DNA of 64,000 bases. Source: Candidatus Latescibacterota bacterium. Its GTDB lineage: Bacteria; Latescibacterota; UBA2968; GCA-2709665. The notes below the pieces were generated by a model. It saw nothing but the letters and a program-made list of their open reading frames with translations, was not told the DNA's origin and did not search any database. The stretch is from positions 160,001-224,000 of the forward strand of contig OZ244937.1 of the NCBI GenBank assembly GCA_965222075.1, in the 5' to 3' direction. Positions within the stretch are counted from its first letter, which is position 1. Every line of letters starts with the position of its first letter. The translations under genes and the position numbers were made by a program. Positions 1 to 9,755 of this stretch are shown one piece after another.

Positions 1-966
1 GAGCGCGTCACCGGGCTCACCCTCAAGCGTTGGTGGGACCCCATCCAGGGCCTGCTAAACCGGCACGGCGGCAACGGCCCCCACGGGCGGTTCGAGTCCA
101 AGGGCCTGGAGCTTTCGGTTTACAAGCCCTTCTCCGAAAACTTCTCGTTCCAGACCTCCTTGGACGTCGGGTGGAGCTTCTACAACATCGCCTCCGGGAT
201 CGGGGTGCCCCGCGGGCACTACTTCTACCCCGACTCGACATTTATCGCCAGCCCCCACTACTTCCTGACGGACAAGGATGATAACCCGGTGGCGCTCACG
301 GATGCACAGGTCCGAGACATCGGCCACGCCGCCAACGAGCAACTCAAGTCCCTGGGCAGATCGCTCGAGAACCAGACCAACACCCGGGTCCGGACCGGCC
401 CGCTCACGCCCCTCAGGGACTACCCCGACTTCACGGATGAGGAGCGGAACCGGTCGGATATCCAGGGGATCTGGTTTACCGAACGGTATCTGAATGACCA
501 GCGGGTCCGCATCTTTGCGCCCCCGGTGGCCAACGCCTCCTTTCAGTTCCTCTGGTCCACTCCCCCCGACTGGGGTCCCGGGCCGCTCGTGGGCGGCGCC
601 AGGCTGCTCGGAGGCATCCAGGCCAACCTGGTCTGGCGCTACGACAGCGGGCAGGTGATCAAGTTCACCCCGGCAGGGGCTTCGACCGAAGTCTCCCGCA
701 GGGGCCCGCAGTTCGTCCGCACGGACCTGAACTTCCAGAAGAGCCTCGCATTCGGGATCGTCCGACCCACCCTTTACGCGGAGGTCTTCAACCTGTTCAA
801 CTCCCAGGTCGACCGGGAGCGCAGCTATCCCGGGGTCAACTACCTCCGGTGGGGGCTCTACAGACCCGCCCCCAACGACAAGAACCTGCAGAAGTTCGGC
901 GACCCCAGGCCCTTCCGGGGCGGCGATGCCCGCTACGTCAACCTGGGGGTGCGGGTCCGATTCTAG
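1..966 (+). CDS. TonB-dependent outer-membrane receptor, C-terminal part (5' truncated by window)
   Basis: Frame is open from base 1 (ERVTGLTLKRWW...SKGLELSVYK) through ORF 160..966. Amphipathic beta-strands, 'LYAEVFNLFN' motif, terminal 'RYVNLGVRVRF' with C-terminal Phe. Confidence 0.8.
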   Translation, partial: ERVTGLTLKRWWDPIQGLLNRHGGNGPHGRFESKGLELSVYKPFSENFSFQTSLDVGWSFYNIASGIGVPRGHYFYPDSTFIASPHYFLTDKDDNPVALTDAQVRDIGHAANEQLKSLGRSLENQTNTRVRTGPLTPLRDYPDFTDEERNRSDIQGIWFTERYLNDQRVRIFAPPVANASFQFLWSTPPDWGPGPLVGGARLLGGIQANLVWRYDSGQVIKFTPAGASTEVSRRGPQFVRTDLNFQKSLAFGIVRPTLYAEVFNLFNSQVDRERSYPGVNYLRWGLYRPAPNDKNLQKFGDPRPFRGGDARYVNLGVRVRF

Positions 967-989
967 CCTTCCCTGAATCCAATCGAATC

Positions 990-1024
990 GGTGGTTGGGT
1001 GGGCAACCGGCTCACCCCGCCACC
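990..1024 (+). other. GC-rich intergenic stem-loop without U-tail (possible mRNA stabiliser/processing site)
   Basis: GGTGGTTGGGTGGGC-aaccg-GCTCACCCCGCCACC: 15-bp stem with G:U pairs and one mismatch. Confidence 0.4.
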
Positions 1025-1048
1025 CCGATATTTCGAGAGAGGACCGAT

Positions 1049-3577
1049 ATGCGCATGAAAATGCTCGTCATTTCGGCGGCTGTCCTCGTGGTGGGGACGC
1101 TCGCTGCCTGCGCGGACGCGCAGGACGTCATCGGCGGAACGGCCAACCAGCTCCTCGAACCCCGGCAGCTCACCCGGGGGCAGCTTTGGCTCTCTTACTT
1201 CAACACCGGCGCCTCGGGCTACCGGCACCCCGAGCAGGCCACCGGAAATCTCTTCGCCGACCTCAACTACCCGGGCACCTACATCCCGGGCGGGGACGAC
1301 TTCCAGGAGCACTTCGGGGCCCGCTCCTTCCTCTACGACCAGATCGACATCCAGACTCTCCAGGCCCGCGGCCACGGCTGGTACACCGCCGTCAAGGTGG
1401 ACGGCCAGGAGTCCGTCAGCTACGCCAGCTCCCTCGTCAAGGCCAAGGAGGAGAGCGATGACGTCCTGATGATGACGGTCGACCCGACCGTCGACTTCGG
1501 GGGGCGCTTCGCCAGCGTCGGCAACGACGTGATCAACCCCCGGTCCAGCCGGTCCATGGGCACCTGGTGGCCCGGTACCGGCGTCGTCAACGACGCCAAG
1601 AAGCCGGTCGAGATCCTGAACTACCGGTCCGGGCAATACAACAGCGCCGCCACGGACAACTTCCCCGAGAATATTATCCTCTCCAAGTGGACGACCAAGA
1701 CGGGCATCACCGGCCACAAGGCCGCCTACGCCTGGAACCACCCGGAATACGACGACTTCATCATCGAGGAGTGGATCTGGGAAAACACCGGGGATACGGA
1801 CGGCGACCGGGTGGCCGACCTGCCGGGCGGGGGTCACGACCTGCAGAACGTCTACTTCGGCCTCCACAACCGATTCACCACCTCCTCCTCCGGTTACCGG
1901 GGCAGCCACACCGCCTGGTACTGGGACTGGGGACCGCTGGATTCCTGTTTCAGCCGCTTCCAGCCCAACGCCGATAACGGGCAGGACGACAAGATCAAGT
2001 ATACCGAGTCCCCCAACTACGACGGGCCGGCCTCGGCCGTCGGATTGAAGCTCACCTACCAGTACGACTGGAACAACTTCTGCCTCACCGGGTCCCTGGC
2101 CGACGACGTCGGGGACCCCTGGCGCTCCGTGCTCAAGGCCGCCACCCGCCCGGTCCCCGACTTCACCGACGATGGGGACCTGCTTGGCATCGCTTACGTG
2201 GGCGTCGCGGATATCGACACCGACCCAACCGACGGGTTCATCGGGGACAATGAGGTCTACATCGCCCCCGACGTCGCCCAGCAGCCCTTCGCGCACAACT
2301 TCTTCCACCACGTCCACCGCCAGCAGGACGGCAACACCCGCTCCGACCTGGTCACCGACGAGCCCAATCCGTTCGAAATGAGCGACGCGGTCATGTACCA
2401 GCTCATCACCCGCTCTCCCCCGCTCTCCTACTTCGAGCCGTTCACCTCCCACGACGCCGCCCTGGCCCGCCCCACCCGCGCCTCGGGCGACGAGAATCTG
2501 GGAGTGCCCCTGCTCCCCCTCCCGGACGACCCGACCGAGCCGATGCCCGTCGGACCCATCCCGGAATGGGAGTGGGTCAACCGGCACGGGATCGCGGCCG
2601 CCTACTCGGTGATAGACACCTACGGCCCCTACGACATGGCGCCCGGCGACAAGGTCAAGCTCGTGATCGCCTACGTCGCCGGAGCCCCCGTGGAGCACAG
2701 CTTCAGGACCTACCGCCGGCAGCAGGACAACAGCGAACTCAAAAAGGAGGAGGGCGGCGCCGCCTTCACCAACCTGATCAAGCACCTGAACAAGGCCAAG
2801 GAGGCCTACGCCCTCGGGTTTGACCTCCCCAACCAGCCGCCCGACGTGAACGCCACCCTGCAGTCCTCTGAAAACGCCCGCTCCGAGCTGGTCTGGTCGA
2901 ACGACGCGGACGGGGCCATCAACCCGGACACCGGGCAGCCCGACGTCGCCGGCTACCGCGTCTATCGGTCGGAGACCCTTCCGGACATGTGGGTCCAGTT
3001 CGCCGACGTCAAGGTCGGGACCGCGAGTTCCGGGACCTACCGGGTCGAAGACCCGGAATCGGTCTCCGGCTTCCAGTACCTCTACCAGGTCCGCTCCTAC
3101 CAGGGCAGCGCCAACTCCGGGTTTGTCAGCCGGGTCACGGGCGCCACGGTGGCGGGCGGCGTCTCCGCCTACGAATCGGGTCCGGGAGACCCCTCCACCT
3201 TCTACTACCCTGACGGCGGCGTGAACGGACTCAGCCCGGTGCAGGTCGCCTCGGCCGACGCGGACCGGATGGAGAAGCAGGTCGCGGTGGTCCCCAACCC
3301 CTACATTGATGATGGTATCCATAGCTATGAAGGCACCGTCAAGCTCCGGATCATAAACCTGCCGAGGCGGGCCAAGCTCCGGATCTATTCCATGGCGGGC
3401 GACCTGGTCGGTGCCCTGGATCACGAGTCCGATACGGTGGGGGAACGGAGCTACTACCAGCTCAACAGGCTGATAACGAATGAGATCCAGTTCGGCACCT
3501 ACATCCTGGTCGTCGAGTCGTTGATGCCCGAGAGCCTGGGTCAGACGCAGTTCACCAAATTTGTGATCATTCGCTGA
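1049..3577 (+). CDS. Exported protein with FN3-like segment and C-terminal T9SS-CTD-like sorting domain
   Basis: RBS GAGAGG before ATG 1049. Signal peptide MRMKMLVISAAVLVVGTLAAC/ADA-Q. 'DVAGYRVYRS...YLYQVRSY' FN3-like. Tail 'VAVVPNPY...LRIINLP...LRIYSMAGDLV...GTYILVV...KFVIIR'. Confidence 0.7.
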   Translation: MRMKMLVISAAVLVVGTLAACADAQDVIGGTANQLLEPRQLTRGQLWLSYFNTGASGYRHPEQATGNLFADLNYPGTYIPGGDDFQEHFGARSFLYDQIDIQTLQARGHGWYTAVKVDGQESVSYASSLVKAKEESDDVLMMTVDPTVDFGGRFASVGNDVINPRSSRSMGTWWPGTGVVNDAKKPVEILNYRSGQYNSAATDNFPENIILSKWTTKTGITGHKAAYAWNHPEYDDFIIEEWIWENTGDTDGDRVADLPGGGHDLQNVYFGLHNRFTTSSSGYRGSHTAWYWDWGPLDSCFSRFQPNADNGQDDKIKYTESPNYDGPASAVGLKLTYQYDWNNFCLTGSLADDVGDPWRSVLKAATRPVPDFTDDGDLLGIAYVGVADIDTDPTDGFIGDNEVYIAPDVAQQPFAHNFFHHVHRQQDGNTRSDLVTDEPNPFEMSDAVMYQLITRSPPLSYFEPFTSHDAALARPTRASGDENLGVPLLPLPDDPTEPMPVGPIPEWEWVNRHGIAAAYSVIDTYGPYDMAPGDKVKLVIAYVAGAPVEHSFRTYRRQQDNSELKKEEGGAAFTNLIKHLNKAKEAYALGFDLPNQPPDVNATLQSSENARSELVWSNDADGAINPDTGQPDVAGYRVYRSETLPDMWVQFADVKVGTASSGTYRVEDPESVSGFQYLYQVRSYQGSANSGFVSRVTGATVAGGVSAYESGPGDPSTFYYPDGGVNGLSPVQVASADADRMEKQVAVVPNPYIDDGIHSYEGTVKLRIINLPRRAKLRIYSMAGDLVGALDHESDTVGERSYYQLNRLITNEIQFGTYILVVESLMPESLGQTQFTKFVIIR

Positions 3578-3587
3578 GGAGGTCGCC

Positions 3588-4556
3588 ATGCGAAACCTAT
3601 TTCTGTTTGGATGGGCAGCGGCCTTCGCCGCGATCCTCATCTCTTCGCCGGCCGCGGCGGGGATCTCGGGCCAGACGCCCCTGGGCGAGAGCTACGCCAG
3701 CTTCTTAGAGGTGGCCCAGGGGGCCAGACCCGCCGGGATGGGGGATGCCTACGTGGCCGTGGCGGACGACATCACGAGCGTCTTCTGGAACGTGGCCGGA
3801 CTGACCAAGATGGCCAGGAACCGGTTCCAGTTCACCTTTACCAACACCCAGTGGATAGCCGACACCCAGTTCAACTCCGGGGCCGTGGGAATCAACACCA
3901 ACTACGGGGCGATCGCCTTCAGCTTTGTCGCCCTCGACCCCGGCGACATCGAGGAGCGGACCATCTTCCAGCCGGATGGGACCGGCCGGATGGTCGACAA
4001 CGGGAGCTGGGCATTCGGCCTCGCCTACGCCAAGCAATTCACCGACCGGATGTCCGTCGGCGGACAGGGCCGGATCTTCGAAGAGCGGCTCGACACCGAC
4101 TACGGCTACCGCGTGTTCGACCTGGCCGTGGGGGGGATCTACCACACCGGGTTCCGCAGCCTGCGAATCGCGATGTCCCTCCGCAACTTTGGGAAGGACA
4201 AGGTGCTCCTCTCCGATGAACAGAGCCGGAGCAAGATGCCGGTCATCTTCAACGTTGCCGCGGCCGCAGAGGTGCTGGGCACCAAGGAGGATCCGGTCTA
4301 CCTGACCGGCGCCTTCGAGGCCCTCTACAACGTGGCGGTGGAGAAGCGCATCCACGTCGGCGGCGAGCTCTGGCTGCGCAACATCCTGGCGCTCCGGGGC
4401 GGCTACAAGTGGAACTACGACGCCCAGGATTTCACTGTGGGAGCCGGCCTGAAGCTGCAGCGAGGCGTCCACTACCTCCAGGCCGACATCGCCTGGGTGG
4501 ACTTCGGAAAGGACTTCGGCGCCCCCCTCCGCGTCTCCGTGACGGGCTCCTTTTGA
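3588..4556 (+). CDS. PorV/PorQ-family (UPF0164-like) outer-membrane beta-barrel
   Basis: Signal peptide; 'FLEVAQGARPAGMGDAYVAVADDITSVFWNVAGL' signature; 'LALRGGY'; C-terminal Phe; RBS GAGGAGG. Confidence 0.8.
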   Translation: MRNLFLFGWAAAFAAILISSPAAAGISGQTPLGESYASFLEVAQGARPAGMGDAYVAVADDITSVFWNVAGLTKMARNRFQFTFTNTQWIADTQFNSGAVGINTNYGAIAFSFVALDPGDIEERTIFQPDGTGRMVDNGSWAFGLAYAKQFTDRMSVGGQGRIFEERLDTDYGYRVFDLAVGGIYHTGFRSLRIAMSLRNFGKDKVLLSDEQSRSKMPVIFNVAAAAEVLGTKEDPVYLTGAFEALYNVAVEKRIHVGGELWLRNILALRGGYKWNYDAQDFTVGAGLKLQRGVHYLQADIAWVDFGKDFGAPLRVSVTGSF

Positions 4557-4769
4557 CCCATCGTCCAACCTCACGACAGAGTGAGGACAGACTCTACGTC
4601 CTTCGAGGGAAACTCAACGATATTAGGGTAACCGGGTTAGCGGTTCAGACCCGCACGGCCTCAGGGGCGCAGCGAATTTCTCGGTTGGTCCAGTGGACGG
4701 AATCCGGGCCATTTTGTGCTGCACCCCGCCGACGGTGCGGGTCTTTCTTTGCCCATTTGGGACATCCTA

Positions 4770-5804
4770 ATGCGCCCATTGATCTTCGAGGATGACCTCT
4801 CCCAGCTCATCGACCGGTCCCGGCCCGCCATGCTGTTCCAGGGTAACACGGTCGAGGAGCTCCAGGAATGGCAGGTTCGCTTCAGATCGGTCCTGACCCG
4901 ACTCCTCGGTTCTCGTCCCGACCGGACGGAGCTCGATCTCCAGGTTCAAACGAAGAGCGACTGTGGGACGTTCGTGCGTCAGCGGGTGCGATACCAGACC
5001 GAACCCGGGGTCTTCGTCCCCGCCTACCTTCTCGTTCCCAAGAATATCCCGAAGGGGCAACGGGTCCCCGGGCTGCTCTGCCTGCACGGTCACAGCCATT
5101 GGGGCAAAGACAGCGTCTCCGGGATCGACGACACGCCCGAGCGCAGGGCCCAAATCGAGCAAAAGGGCTACAACTACGGTCAGAAGTTCGCCGAGCAGGG
5201 CTACGTTGTCCTCGCGCCCGACATGCGGGGATTCGGCGAGCGCCGGCCCGGCTACCCCGGCCCCCGGACCGACCACTGCACCCGCAACTACCTCTGCGCC
5301 ACCCTGATGGGCACAACCGTCGTGGCTTTAAATCTCTGCGACCTCGAGGCCGCCCTCGACGTGCTCCAGTCGCTGGAATACGTCGACGGTGAGCGGCTCG
5401 GCTGTGCCGGGCTCTCCTTTGGGGGTCGGATGACGATGATGATCTCGGCGATGGATGAAAGGATCAAGATCGCCGTCGCCTCCGGATGTATGAGCCTGTA
5501 TCAGGAACGGTATCAAGCGCTCAAACGATGTGGAGCCCAACTCATCCCAGGACTCCTCCGCTACGGTGACACCCCCGAAATCTTTTCCCTAATCGCCCCT
5601 CGGCCGCTGGTGATCGAGTGGGGATTGAAGGACCGCCTGGCCCCGCACGACTGGGCCGAGCGGGGGCTGGCCCGAATCCGCAGGGCCTACGAGGCCGGCG
5701 GCGTTCCGGAACGCCTCGTCCTCGACCGGTTCGACGGCGGGCATCTCTTCCACATGACAGTAGCTCGGGAGGTCCTTCAGCGGTGGCGCGCGGACGTGCT
5801 CTGA
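4770..5804 (+). CDS. Alpha/beta hydrolase (dienelactone hydrolase/acetylxylan-esterase-like), paralog of 50579..51613
   Basis: 'CLHGH', 'APDMRGFGER', nucleophile elbow GLSFGG, 'LIAPRPL', His in 'GGHLF'. Confidence 0.85.
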   Translation: MRPLIFEDDLSQLIDRSRPAMLFQGNTVEELQEWQVRFRSVLTRLLGSRPDRTELDLQVQTKSDCGTFVRQRVRYQTEPGVFVPAYLLVPKNIPKGQRVPGLLCLHGHSHWGKDSVSGIDDTPERRAQIEQKGYNYGQKFAEQGYVVLAPDMRGFGERRPGYPGPRTDHCTRNYLCATLMGTTVVALNLCDLEAALDVLQSLEYVDGERLGCAGLSFGGRMTMMISAMDERIKIAVASGCMSLYQERYQALKRCGAQLIPGLLRYGDTPEIFSLIAPRPLVIEWGLKDRLAPHDWAERGLARIRRAYEAGGVPERLVLDRFDGGHLFHMTVAREVLQRWRADVL

Positions 5805-5907
5805 TTCCGGTACCTTGAGTCACTCAGAATTGACACGGAAGTGCCCCTTAACCGGTCTGAATGACAATCTGACTTCAGTCCAGTTGACGAGAAGACGGAG
5901 TACCAGA

Positions 5908-6747
5908 ATGGTCGCCGAGCGGGACACCATACACGAAGATTATGTTAGAGAATTCATCAAGCTCAGCCTCTGGTACGTCCATCGAACCCTGCGCAATGGC
6001 GAGGCCGACTTTGAAGACCTCATCAACGTTCGCGTCAACATCTACAGAAACACCTCGCTTTACACCGGCGGCCTCTACAGCCAGGCGGGGAAGAGGCGTC
6101 ATCCAGCCTTTCAAGACGTCGGACCCCAATGGAGGGCTATCCTCGAAGACCTCCGAGCCATCTGCGATCGTCATCGTGACAATCCCTCTTCGACCCCAAT
6201 CGAAAAGGTGGGGTTGGAGATGCTGTGGCCCTATCTGGAGGCTCGACTCCGGCAGCAGGGCCCAGACCCGATGCCCGACATGAAAGACCGCCCCTACGAA
6301 TGCTGGAGGCTCGATCCGAGAAATGACCGGATCAACCTCCACATCATCAACATGTACCGACCCAAATCCCCCCTGAGCGAAATGTGGATCGCCTTCGCCG
6401 CCGCGCTTATCCGTCTGCTCAGGGACGCCCGGGCGCGGCACCCCGAGATCCAGTTGGCCAGATGCAACAGCTGGCTGAACTCCGCCCCACGATTCCAGGA
6501 GCTCTTCCCGGAATCCTGGGTGCGGTCCACGCAGCCCAGCCCCTCCATCAGGTTCAGCATGGGCCACTGGGGCCAGTTCACGGACCGGAGGGGGAGCTTT
6601 CACGCCGCCAACGGTCAGCGCTTCCGGCAGACCGGATCGTTTCCGTTTCCTTGCGTGAGCTGCGAATGCCCTGTTGAGGAGATCCAGACCCACCTGGAGG
6701 CTTCCGTCCCCGAGGCGGTCGACTACAACTTGGCCCTGAGCGCCTGA
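5908..6747 (+). CDS. Hypothetical protein (~280 aa)
   Basis: Long ORF with RBS GGAG before ATG 5908; 'SWLN...F..LFP..W' and 'GHWGQF' look like conserved motifs; no family recognised. Confidence 0.6.
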   Translation: MVAERDTIHEDYVREFIKLSLWYVHRTLRNGEADFEDLINVRVNIYRNTSLYTGGLYSQAGKRRHPAFQDVGPQWRAILEDLRAICDRHRDNPSSTPIEKVGLEMLWPYLEARLRQQGPDPMPDMKDRPYECWRLDPRNDRINLHIINMYRPKSPLSEMWIAFAAALIRLLRDARARHPEIQLARCNSWLNSAPRFQELFPESWVRSTQPSPSIRFSMGHWGQFTDRRGSFHAANGQRFRQTGSFPFPCVSCECPVEEIQTHLEASVPEAVDYNLALSA

Positions 6748-6776
6748 ATCCTGGATCACGATCAGGACAGAACGAG

Positions 6777-8378
6777 ATGCCCGGATACAGACAGATTGAT
6801 CTTCGAACGATCGCCGGATTGAGCGGCATCATCCCCTCCTGGTGGATCTCCCCTGCACGCGGGGAGACCGGCGGAGCGGACGCGTGGCTCTCATTCAAGA
6901 GCGAGCTGGATCCGTCCGGCGAGACTCGAGACGAGCTGCGGTGGTTTCCGTTCGACAACGGCGAGCACTACGGGCTGATGCCCGCGAAGATCTGGGAGAA
7001 GATCGGGCGTCCCGATCACCCCAGAATCTTCGCCGCGGCGGGCGTCTACGCCCCGGGTCCCGTAGAGGCCCTGTATCGCTTCGATTTCCTCTGCAACTAC
7101 CGGCTCTGGGTCAACGGCGAACGGGTTGCCGACCGATGGGAGGACGACATCCCACTCCTGGATAAGGGTCAGGTCGAGGTCAGACTCAACCAGGGACTCA
7201 ACGGGATCATCCTCGAACTGCCTCTGCCCATCTTCAAAGACAAGATCCTCTTTTGCGGCCGAATCAGTGGCCCTGACGAGACTGACCTTAATGGCCTCAA
7301 GATCCTCGCCTCCGGCAGGGAGAACGCGACAACATCCAAAGACGAGGAGCTGACGCGCTCCTTTTCCGCCTTCGAAATCTTCAACCGCTTCGTCTCCAAA
7401 GAGCCCGCGATGCGGTTCACGGGCGATGGACCTGACGACTTCAGGGCGTGGAAGGCGCACTTCAAAGGAAAATTCCTGGAGCTCATCGGGGACTTTCCGG
7501 AACCCGTGCCCCTGGACCCCAGGATCGTCGACATCAGCCACAGAGAGGGAATCACCCGCGAAAGGGTCTTCATCCAGACCCAGGACGGCCTCTACCTGCC
7601 CCTCCACCTTCTCATCCCGGACAAAAGGCGCGACGGACAGGCCATCGTCTGCGTGCACGGGCACGGAGGTCGACGCGGGAAATACGGCAAGGAGCAGGTC
7701 ACGGGGGAGGTGAACGGTGACCCTACCCTTCAGTGGAACGTATGGAAACTGGATTACGACTACGGCCTGCGCTTCGCGCGGGAGGGATACATCACGATCA
7801 CCCCCGACTTCCGGGGATTCGGCGAGCGTGCGGAGTCCCTCCCCTTCTCGAGTCACGATGACTGCGCGGTAAACCTGATGAGGTACATCTGCTACGGAGA
7901 GAACTTCCTGACGTACCAGATCTGGGATGGCATCCGGGCGGTCGATTACCTGGTCAGCCGACCGGAGGTGGACCCCGACCGGATCGGATTGACCGGCCTC
8001 TCCTACGGGGGCCGCATGACCCAGTACATCGGGGCTGTGGACGAGAGAATGAAGGTCTGTGTGGCCAGCGGAACCATGAGCACGCTCAGAGAGCGGAAGA
8101 CCGTGGGCCGCGCCTGCGGCTCCCAGACCCTGCCCGGGCTCCTGACCTACGGGGATGCCACGGAAGTCTTCGGGCTTATCGCCCCCCGGCCCCTGATGAT
8201 GCAGCTTGGCACGAACGACGCCACCGCGCCCGTCTTTTTCGCTCCCGAGATCGACCGGGACTTGAGACGGATCTACGCCAGCGCCGGTGATGAATCCAGG
8301 TATTCACTCGACGTCTACCACGCCAAGCACCGCTACAACTTCCCCACGGCGCTCAAATGGTTTGAAAGGTGGCTCTAG
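6777..8378 (+). CDS. Alpha/beta hydrolase with an N-terminal beta-sandwich-like domain
   Basis: 'CVHGHG', 'PDFRGFGER', GLSYGG, 'LIAPRPL'. N-terminal 'LWVNGERV...VRLNQGLNGIILE' resembles carbohydrate-enzyme sandwich domains. Stop TAG coincides with the IS end. Confidence 0.8.
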   Translation: MPGYRQIDLRTIAGLSGIIPSWWISPARGETGGADAWLSFKSELDPSGETRDELRWFPFDNGEHYGLMPAKIWEKIGRPDHPRIFAAAGVYAPGPVEALYRFDFLCNYRLWVNGERVADRWEDDIPLLDKGQVEVRLNQGLNGIILELPLPIFKDKILFCGRISGPDETDLNGLKILASGRENATTSKDEELTRSFSAFEIFNRFVSKEPAMRFTGDGPDDFRAWKAHFKGKFLELIGDFPEPVPLDPRIVDISHREGITRERVFIQTQDGLYLPLHLLIPDKRRDGQAIVCVHGHGGRRGKYGKEQVTGEVNGDPTLQWNVWKLDYDYGLRFAREGYITITPDFRGFGERAESLPFSSHDDCAVNLMRYICYGENFLTYQIWDGIRAVDYLVSRPEVDPDRIGLTGLSYGGRMTQYIGAVDERMKVCVASGTMSTLRERKTVGRACGSQTLPGLLTYGDATEVFGLIAPRPLMMQLGTNDATAPVFFAPEIDRDLRRIYASAGDESRYSLDVYHAKHRYNFPTALKWFERWL

Positions 8379-9650
8379 TGCCTTGTCAAGTCTTAATTTT
8401 AGGGTAAACAGACTTGAGTTTGCAGCGTGCGTCGTCGATCTTCATCTGCCAGTCCACACCGCGTTGACGCCTGTTGACATCAACAGACCAAGCACACAGC
8501 TCAGACTGTAACCTCTCCAAATCGCCAATGCGACGACCACTGACACATTGGCTTGTCATCGCACTCAATTCATTTTCCGCAATGTTAAGCCAACTGCCAT
8601 GTTTAGGCGTGTAGCAAAACGCGATGCGACGCACCAAAGCACGCGCCCTATAAGGCGCAAACATTTCGTAAAAGGCCCCCTTCGTATGCGTATTGAGATT
8701 GTCGCAGACCAGCGTGACCCGCTCACAGTATGCATAGCGGCCTTCCAGTAACTGTGCCACCTCTGCTGCCCAGTCGGTCTTTGTGCGCTGTTTCCGCGCT
8801 GTGGCACGCCGCCAACCAACCAAAGGCTCACTGAACATAAAGATTGACGCCGTGCCGGCACGTTCGTATTCATAGTCAACCCGCCGCGCATGGCTTCGGG
8901 TGGCTTTGACCGGGTGGCGGGTCTCTCGGACCAACTGAACAGGCTGCTCATCCATACAGATAACCGGATGGTGCCGCTGATAGGGGCGTTCATAGGTCTC
9001 CAAGACCGCTTCCATGTTCGCCACGAATTCGGCATCTTCCTCGGGTGGGATCACCCAGTATTGGATTTTGCGCCGCGTCATCCCGTTTTTTTTAAAGTCT
9101 GTCGCACGGTCTCGTAGCTGATGGAAGCCACGATTTCCAGTTCCACGGCCTTGTCTGCCAAGAGGCGTAGCGTCCAGTTGGCATAGCCCGTGGGCGCAGG
9201 GCCTAAACGCAGGGCGATGATTTGGGCTTCCTGCTCGCCATCAAGAAGCTTCTGTGTTGGAGGAGACTGGCGTTTCTTGCGCGAGAGGGCATGCTCAAAC
9301 CCTTCCAGCACGCAGCGCTGGCGGATGTTTTCCACCGTCTTGATCCGACATGAGAACGCCTCGGCGGTCTGCTGATCTGTCCATGCAGGCCCGTCTGCGT
9401 CTGTCTTTAGAAGAATCTGTGCACGGCGAACCTTCTGACTGGTGCCTTTGAGTTTGTCTATTGTCTCGCGACACAGCCCCCGTTCTTCTGGCATGAGTCG
9501 CACGACGTATTTTTTCGGCATGGAAAGCCTCCACTCTCCTGTCTGCGTGCGTGCATCCGCACGCACAGGCAGGTCTGTGTGTCTTGATCATTAGAATTGT
9601 TCGCTATGAGAACATCATAACCATAATTTTTAGATTTGACAAGGCACTAG
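8375..9650 (-). mobile_element. IS630-family insertion sequence with terminal inverted repeats and TA target duplication
   Basis: Ends CTAGTGCCTTGTCAA (8375) and TTGACAAGGCACTAG (to 9650): 15 bp perfect, imperfect to ~31 bp. TA at 8376-77 and 9648-49. Lower GC than flanks; carries the split transposase. Confidence 0.92.
8386..9521 (-). CDS. IS630 transposase in two ORFs (HTH ORF 9078..9521; DDE ORF 8386..9081), probably joined by -1 frameshift
   Basis: ORF A 'RRAQILLK..WTLRLLA..SYETVRQTLKK'. ORF B 'CMDEQP...DNLNTH...YTPKHGSWLNIAE'. A8 run (T8 at 9086-9093 on +) at the junction. Confidence 0.88.
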
Positions 9651-9755
9651 CGGCCTTTAGAGCGACATCGAGCTCCATCAGAAAAGCGAGTGGAATGCGC
9701 TGATCTGTACAGGCAGGAACAACAGACGCCAAGCAGAATGGAGAGCAGATAGGAA

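Noticed and set aside
938-3640. 900-aa minus-strand ORF (also 43181..44773, 46591..48243, 22848..24266 and similar)
   Set aside because: Antisense shadows of high-GC genes with strong codon bias; no motifs; fully overlap well-supported + strand CDSs.
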